The translations under genes and the position numbers were made by a program. From NCBI GenBank assembly GCA_047635895.1, contig JBLIHL010000001.1, positions 1 to 56,785 on the forward strand: DNA of 56,785 nucleotides, given 5' to 3'. The notes under the pieces are model-generated. The model saw only the letters and a list, made by a program, of their open reading frames with translations. It was not told the DNA's origin and made no database searches. The stretch is from Paracoccaceae bacterium (lineage in GTDB: Bacteria > Planctomycetota > UBA1135 > GCA-002686595). Numbering within the stretch: position 1 is the stretch's first letter; every line of letters starts with the position of its first letter. Shown piece by piece: positions 50,636 to 56,785 of this stretch.

Positions 50636-52567
50636 ATGTGCGGAATCGCAGGGGCCGCCGGCCTGCTCGACACGGCACTCCACCGTGCAGTGGAGCGAAT
50701 CAACGACGCCCAGATTCACCGGGGCCCGGACGATGAAGGTGTGTGGCGCTCTGGTCCGGATGAGCAGACCGGCGCGATCCTCGGGCACCGCAGACTGTCA
50801 ATCATTGACCTGAGTGAACTGGGACACCAGCCAATGGTCGACGCGGCCACGGGCTGCGCGCTCTCGTTCAACGGCGAGATCTTCAACTTCGTGGCGCTAC
50901 GCCAGGAACTGCAGGCCCAGGGAGTCGAGTTCACTTCGCGCACGGACACCGAAGTCGTGCTTCGAGCCTACATCGCCTGGGGAGCCGGTTTCATAGAGCG
51001 ACTCCATGGAATGTTCGCCATTGCACTCTGGGACCCCTCCAAGGCCCAGGTACTGCTCATCCGCGACCGCCTAGGCCTCAAGCCGATCTACATCACGCAG
51101 ATCGACCAGGACGGTAGGTACCCCAGCGTCCTCTTTGCCTCCGAGGTCCGTGGGCTTCTCGCGTCGGGCCTTGTCAAGCGAACGCTCGACCCAGTGGGCG
51201 TATCGAGCTATCTGTGGAACGGCTTCGTCGTCGGGCCAAACACGATCCTACGCGGGGTGAGCCTTCTTCCTGCGGGGTCCATCACAAGGGTCAGCACCGA
51301 GGGGAAGATCCTCGGAACCGAGTCTTATTGGTCCCTTCCTACGTCGACGGAGCCACAGAGTTCCTCGACCGAGGCTCTGCGTGAATCAATCACCGACGCG
51401 GTCCGCCTGAGAATGGTGGCCGATGTTCCCATTGGGGTGTTTCTCTCCGGCGGCGTTGACTCCAGCGCCGTCGCAGCCATCGCAGCCAGGGAAGTTGGTG
51501 GAAGTGGCGTTCGCACCTTCAACGTGAGCTTTCAAGAAGCGGAGTTCGACGAATCATCACACGCGGCGCACGTCGCTGCGAAGCTAGGGACGGAGCATCA
51601 CGAGCTTCATCTTACCGAAGCTGTTTTCAAGGACGGGCTGGATGATGCACTAGGGAGCCTCGATCAACCGACATTCGACGCCGTCAACACCTACTTCGTA
51701 AGCCGGTTGGTGCGCGAAGCGGGTATGACTGTTGCCATCGCGGGCACCGGCGGAGACGAAGTCTTCGGAGGCTATAGAAGCTTCACGGCGCTACCACGCG
51801 CCCAGCGCTTCGCGCGAATGGCCAGACACTTGCCGCCGAGCTTCGTACGAACAGCGACGCGGAGCGCAGCACGCGTCATGAGCGGCGCCCCCGGCGAAGT
51901 ACCGCCTCAAACGCGCTGGGGCAAACTCGACGATGTCGCCGCAACCGTTGGCGATATGCTGTCTGTGTACCAAGTGTCCTACGGCATGTTCACTCAGCGT
52001 TTCCTTGGAGAACTCCAGGTAACCTCTGATCCCACAGACTTCGGCATCCCACCGGAGCGCGCGGCTGAGCTTCGCTTGGCTGTCTCGACTTCTGCTTCGA
52101 TCGAAGCCGTAGCGCTGCTGGAAACCAGCCTGTTCCTGGGCGAAAGGCTCCTGCGCGACACCGACTGCGCAAGCATGGCGACTTCACTCGAAGTTCGCCT
52201 ACCGCTTGTGGACCACAGCGTTCTGGAAGCTGCTGCGGGAACCGCCTACGCCGCACGCTTCGAGCCGCTTGGCCAGAAGAAAGTCCTGCGAGATCTTGCT
52301 GCGCCACAGATCGATCCTCGGCAATTCGACCGACCCAAGGCCGGCTTCGAGCTGCCCCTAGGTCTCTGGTGTCGCGGTGCTCTCCGAGACCAGATGGAAG
52401 CGATGTTCGCAGATGACGAATTGGCGGAACGCGTCGGACTGCGCGGTCACGTAGTTCGTCGACTTTGGCGTGCTTTCCTGAATGACGCGCCCGGTCTGTA
52501 CTGGTCCCGACTCTGGTCAATCTATGTCCTCTTGCGATGGACAAAACAACACCATGCCTGCCTCTAA
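50636..52567 (+). CDS. asnB: Asparagine synthase (glutamine-hydrolysing)-like amidotransferase
   Basis: MCGIAG start, HRGPD, RRLSIID, FNGEI.N, RDRLG.KP, LSGGVDS, GGDEVFGGY, LEVR.P, RPKAGF. Confidence 0.9.
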   Translation: MCGIAGAAGLLDTALHRAVERINDAQIHRGPDDEGVWRSGPDEQTGAILGHRRLSIIDLSELGHQPMVDAATGCALSFNGEIFNFVALRQELQAQGVEFTSRTDTEVVLRAYIAWGAGFIERLHGMFAIALWDPSKAQVLLIRDRLGLKPIYITQIDQDGRYPSVLFASEVRGLLASGLVKRTLDPVGVSSYLWNGFVVGPNTILRGVSLLPAGSITRVSTEGKILGTESYWSLPTSTEPQSSSTEALRESITDAVRLRMVADVPIGVFLSGGVDSSAVAAIAAREVGGSGVRTFNVSFQEAEFDESSHAAHVAAKLGTEHHELHLTEAVFKDGLDDALGSLDQPTFDAVNTYFVSRLVREAGMTVAIAGTGGDEVFGGYRSFTALPRAQRFARMARHLPPSFVRTATRSAARVMSGAPGEVPPQTRWGKLDDVAATVGDMLSVYQVSYGMFTQRFLGELQVTSDPTDFGIPPERAAELRLAVSTSASIEAVALLETSLFLGERLLRDTDCASMATSLEVRLPLVDHSVLEAAAGTAYAARFEPLGQKKVLRDLAAPQIDPRQFDRPKAGFELPLGLWCRGALRDQMEAMFADDELAERVGLRGHVVRRLWRAFLNDAPGLYWSRLWSIYVLLRWTKQHHACL

Positions 52568-53555
52568 ATCCCCTTCGCAAGCCCCGAGAGAGGGCGAGCG
52601 CTACTGCCTCATCACCCCGTGCCGCAACGAAGCAGCATTCATTCGAACGACCCTCGAGTCGACCACAGCCCAGACGCTACGGCCTGCCCGCTGGATCATC
52701 GTCGATGATGGTTCGACCGACGAAACGCCTGAAATCCTCGCCGATTTCGCAGCGCGGTTCGACTTCATCCGCGTGGTCAAGCGCGCGGACCGCGGCCAGC
52801 GCGCCGTCGGTCCCGGCGTCGTCGAGGCTTTCTATGACGGTCTAGCGACCATCGACCTCGACGAGTTCGACTTCGTGTGCAAGTTCGACGGCGACCTTGA
52901 GATGCCTCCGAGGTACTTCGAGTCGGCCGTGAAGCTGATGCAGGAAGACCCCGTACTTGGGAACGTCTCCGGCAAGTTATTCGGTCGGATGAAGAACGGA
53001 GAACTCAAGCAGGAGAAGACCGCCGACGAGAACGCCGTCGGGCCGGTGAAGTTCTACCGCACCGCATGCTTCAAGGCCATCGGCGGCTTCGTCCGAGAAG
53101 TCGCTTGGGACGGCATCGATGGCCACCTGTGCCGAATGAACGGATGGATCGCGCAGTCCGTCGACCACCCGGAGATGCGGATCATCCATCTCCGCCAGAT
53201 GGGAAGTAGCCAGAAGAACATCTGGGTAGGTCGCCAGCGCTGGGGACGCGGCAAATACTTCATGGGCTCCGCTTGGTACTACGCGGTGGCCGCGGCTGGC
53301 TACAGGATGTTCGACAGGCCCTTCATGATCGGAGGCATCGGTATCTTCACTGGTTATGTGCGCGCCGCGCTGTCGAGACACCCCCGTTTCTCGGATCCGG
53401 AGTACCGCCGATTCCTACGGGAGTATGAACAGAACGTACTCCTCAATGGGAGGCGAAGAACCCTCGAGAGCTACAACAAGCGCATCCGTAGCGCAGCTGC
53501 CCTCGCCTCACCCAGCGACCCTCTGCCCCAAGGGGCCAGTGTGCTCCGCAGTTGA
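52554..53555 (+). CDS. GT2 glycosyltransferase
   Basis: ITPCRNEA, IIVDDGSTD, KFDGD, WDGIDGH; overlaps asnB stop. Confidence 0.88.
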   Translation: MPASKSPSQAPREGERYCLITPCRNEAAFIRTTLESTTAQTLRPARWIIVDDGSTDETPEILADFAARFDFIRVVKRADRGQRAVGPGVVEAFYDGLATIDLDEFDFVCKFDGDLEMPPRYFESAVKLMQEDPVLGNVSGKLFGRMKNGELKQEKTADENAVGPVKFYRTACFKAIGGFVREVAWDGIDGHLCRMNGWIAQSVDHPEMRIIHLRQMGSSQKNIWVGRQRWGRGKYFMGSAWYYAVAAAGYRMFDRPFMIGGIGIFTGYVRAALSRHPRFSDPEYRRFLREYEQNVLLNGRRRTLESYNKRIRSAAALASPSDPLPQGASVLRS

Positions 53556-53713
53556 CTAGAACTTGAGCCAACTCGGCCTGAGGCTCGCAAGCCGCCCGAG
53601 CAAGCCTGGATCCGCAGGCAGCGCCCATCGAAGCCCTGGCTGCGTGGCTCGAAGAGCCACAAATAGCTCGCTATCGCGGGCTTCGAGCGCCTCGCCGGAA
53701 CTGGGAGTAGACA

Positions 53714-54730
53714 CTACCTCTGAATCCGCGTGATCGCCCCAGCCAGCCAGGCTCCGAACAAGGCGCCGATGCCATTAGGAACGGCGTACAGGAGCGATGG
53801 GTGCCGACCCGCGACAAAGATCTTCAGCACCTGCAAGAGCAGTCCGAATCCGGCACCGATGAGACCGATGCGCAGCAGCGAGGAACGACTCCCTAGTCGA
53901 AACTTACGGCTTTGCCACCAAAGAGCCCCGAGGACGACGAACGCCATGACATGGGCCAGAGTATTGACCGTGCGAAGTAGTGGCGCGACTGCGAACAGCT
54001 CTCCCATCCTTGGGTGCACATAGCGCATCGTCTCCGGCACGATGAGGTCACTCTTGCTGTCGAGGTCCATGACGAGCTCCGTGCCCACGAAAACCTCAAG
54101 GGAATGAAGAGTGCCTAGCCACTCGTTGCGACCGTTGACTTCCCTTCCAAGGGCAAGTGAACAGCCTTCGCTCAACCATGAAGAGAAAGGCGACACCAGC
54201 TGCGGCTCCTCCAAGCGGGTGACCCCATCCACCGTCACGTTGACCAGGTCCCGCCGGATCTCGATCACAATGTCACGGATGTTCGGATGCTCGAAGACCC
54301 CCTCTAGTCTGATTTCTGGGCTGCCGTCGGAAAGATTCCGGCGCACGCCCAAGACGAGATCGCTTCCATCCTGTCCGATCATGAGAAGCCGGCTGCGCTG
54401 GCTGCTCCCGAGGGCGAAGATCCGGGTATGGCACTGCTCCCAGGTCACGGCATTGACCCTCAGAGACACTCGCAGTGATTGCTTGTCGATGGCCGAAGGA
54501 AGCCATTTTGGGGTTCCTTCGGTGGCAACCTTGCAGGGACCGCTGAAACTAAATCCCCCATCGGCTGTACGTTCAACCACGTTCTGAATCTCGTGCGGGC
54601 CACCGTAGGAGATCGAGAACGGAGAGAGAGACGCGGCCGCAACTGAGAGCGTCGCGAGCAGCGATATCACCGGAACGGTCCGCCTGGGTAGGGACAGCAG
54701 ATATTCAGTCTTCATAGGAGGTAGTGGCAT
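53714..54730 (-). CDS. Membrane protein with LamG/ConA-like domain and C-terminal VanZ-like segment
   Basis: N-terminal TM ending LSPF, RI..LG...LMIGQDG.DL, LALG.E...W.G.L; C-terminal H..AF..LG...LQ..K.F..GRHPS.....N..GA..G. Confidence 0.65.
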   Translation of the reverse strand: MPLPPMKTEYLLSLPRRTVPVISLLATLSVAAASLSPFSISYGGPHEIQNVVERTADGGFSFSGPCKVATEGTPKWLPSAIDKQSLRVSLRVNAVTWEQCHTRIFALGSSQRSRLLMIGQDGSDLVLGVRRNLSDGSPEIRLEGVFEHPNIRDIVIEIRRDLVNVTVDGVTRLEEPQLVSPFSSWLSEGCSLALGREVNGRNEWLGTLHSLEVFVGTELVMDLDSKSDLIVPETMRYVHPRMGELFAVAPLLRTVNTLAHVMAFVVLGALWWQSRKFRLGSRSSLLRIGLIGAGFGLLLQVLKIFVAGRHPSLLYAVPNGIGALFGAWLAGAITRIQR

Positions 54731-54829
54731 CGGTTTCGAGTCGAGGTCTTCGAAGCACTTCTAGCAACGCAGTATGCGAAGATCTCAGAGTCGCTGATCG
54801 GAATCAGCTATTCGCGACACGCCCGCAGG

Positions 54830-56390
54830 CTCGGTTTTCGCACTTTTGGAGCGTCCCTAGGGCCCACCATCGCTCCTCGATTTCTGGCGCGCGACGCGTG
54901 AATCGCACCTCCCCACTCTGAATGCTGAAGATGTCTAGGCCAAGGCATCCAGAGGAGGGGACATGCCCGATCAGAGTATCCCGAGGTCGGTAGCAGCGCT
55001 ACTGAAGTCGTTCGAGTCGTGCTTCACAGCACCAACATATCGCAGGGTTTCGGCTCTTGTGGTGGGCTGGCTCCTCTGCTGTTCGAGACGCTGGGTGACT
55101 CGGGTGGCTCGCGCGAGTGGAGAGATGGGCGGCCGCCACTATGCGGGATTCCACCGCTTCTTCTCAGCCGCCCGATGGGAGATGGACGGCGTGTGGCAAA
55201 CGCTGCTGACGCACCTGTTGAAGTACCTTCCAAAGAGAATCGACGTGATCGTCGACGACACGCTCTGTCGAAGGAATAGACCGAGGATCTTCGGGACAGC
55301 GATGCAATACGACGGATCGGCGCCTTCGCAGGCATCCAAGGGTGGAACAGCTAGCGTGGCCTGTGGCCACGCTCGGGTAGTGCTAGCTGTACACGTCCCC
55401 GTCCCCTGGGGCGGCCCTGGGATCGCAGTGGCCGTTCTCGCGAAGCTATACCGTTCGCCGAAGACATGCCCTGCATCTGAGTATCGAAAGCAAAGCGAGA
55501 TCGCCCGCGAACTCGTTGAGAAGCTCCAGGGCTGGCTACCGGTCGATCGAAGGATAAACCTCCTGGAAGACCGCGAATACGCCTTTGAGACGACTCTGCG
55601 CGAACTCGATCAGCGCATCGCGCTTCACGGGTCCGATGCCGATGGATGCGATGCTGTTCGAACCACTCGACGAAGATCATGTCCAGAAACGAGGGACCCC
55701 GCGCGTCAAAGGCAACCGACTTCCAAGCGCTGCCCAGCTCGCTATTAAGAAGGCCACGGCTTGGAAGAAGCAGAGAGTCAAGATCTATGTCAAGAGCGTG
55801 ACGCTCCTCACACATGACCTGGTCTGCCTCTGGCACACCGCGACGGGAACCAGGCTGGTTCGAGTGGTTGTGAAGCGCGACCCGAAGGGCAACTACGAGG
55901 ACCGGGCGTTCTTCTCGACGCGCCACAACGCGTCGGCAAAAGCCATCATCGAGAGCATTGGGCGGCGATGGTCGATCGAGGTGCGCTTCAGGGAAGCGAA
56001 GCAGGCCTTGGGATTCGCTGAACCACAGAACGGATGGAGTCGAGGGAAGCCGAGCGCCGGTCGCCCCAAGTCCGGATCACAACCGCGAAGCGATCGCGGC
56101 CAACTTGCAGTGGAGCGAACAGCACCATTCGCGCTGGTCGTCCGAGCCATGATCGTCGTGTGGTACCTGGGGCAAGATCGATGGCGGAAGGGTGTGCAAG
56201 CCCACAAGATCCGAGCGCCCTGGTATCGATCGAAGACCGCTCCGAGCTTCGATGGCATGCTCGGCGCCATTCGAGGCGAAATCCCCAGTCACCGCTATCG
56301 AGCGAACCTGCCTGGAAAACGCACCCTCGCCGAATACCAGAGGACGCTCTGGGAGCTCGGAATCGCTGCCTGAGAACTGCGAAACCCGAG
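54830..56390 (+). mobile_element. IS701-family element with frameshifted transposase (54963-56373)
   Basis: TIRs CTCGGTTTTCGCACTT (54830) / AACTGCGAAACCCGAG (56375-56390), 14/16; FT.PT, FHRFFS.A.W, VDDTL, RRWSIEV.FRE.KQ.LG, PWY..K..PSF..ML; frameshift near 55620. Confidence 0.85.
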
Positions 56391-56785
56391 CCTAGGAGCG
56401 TGTCGCGCATAGATGGATTCCGATTATCGGCATCCCCGTAGGCAGAAGGCCAAATGAGAGCCCGCAATTATTGCATCTCGCGTAGCCACGGAGCGCTCAC
56501 AATCCCGCTAACCGGTAAGTATAAACCCGCTCCTTGGCGATACGCCGGACATCGCCTTTAACTTCAAGAACGCCCTAACGGCCACCTCTATTTAACTCCA
56601 GGCCTTCCACCTCTCAAGACACTGTAAATGCGACGTTTAGGGCGATCAATCGCTCTCGAAATGAGGCAAATTTCAGGGGATTTCAATCCCATCCCCATGT
56701 GCTAGGTAGCGCGCTCGAGCATCAAGCGGTAGCCTTCTGACGCGCTAGCAATGCGTTCGGCACACAGAGTTTTGTGCGCCGAATC

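Noticed and set aside
6887-56412. 22-bp direct repeat as attL/attR of an integrative element
   Set aside because: No integrase or tRNA seen, extra internal and inverted copies exist, and wzx lies outside; better explained as IS/MITE ends.
146-56467. Numerous overlapping alternative-frame and antisense ORFs (e.g. 727-1848, 15671-16831, 46399-47595)
   Set aside because: Shadows of real genes in GC-rich DNA; Arg/Ser/Pro-rich or antisense-type composition with no motifs.
1-56785. CRISPR arrays, tRNA, rRNA
   Set aside because: No regularly spaced repeat-spacer units or recognisable structural RNA genes seen.
56413-56785. More AT-rich terminal segment
   Set aside because: No ORF from the track spans it and it is cut by the window edge; cannot be interpreted.

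Overview
GC-rich bacterial DNA, probably from a planctomycete (inferred from the C-terminal 'YC..PNSTG..GSQGNLCL..WNFQ.W.RD' domain at 34.7-35.1 kb). Bases 1-3.6 kb look like core genome: the end of a subtilisin-like protease with three tandem domains, a small helical protein, a hotdog thioesterase and a nitronate monooxygenase. The rest (about 4-56.8 kb) is an IS-scarred island (IS1182, IS66, IS91, two IS21 and IS701 remnants, plus a CTAG-flanked palindromic repeat family). It carries a Wzx/Wzy-type surface-polysaccharide locus: flippase, Wzy/ligase, Wza, split Wzc, priming transferase, GT2/GT4/GT-C enzymes, sulfotransferase and a VanZ-LamG protein. Two thiotemplate systems sit inside this locus. 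(i) A formyltransferase/adenylation NRPS whose Gly-type A domain is split by a luciferase-like monooxygenase, followed by a KS-AT-KR-DH-ACP-TE PKS. (ii) A tightly coupled cassette of GNAT-like protein, AurF-like diiron oxygenase, carrier protein, DltA-like ligase and AsnB-like amidotransferase, sitting between glycosyltransferases. Best hypothesis (inference): carrier-protein assembly lines make oxidised amino-acid or ketide substituents for a sulfated glycan. All calls come from motif recognition by eye; no searches were run.
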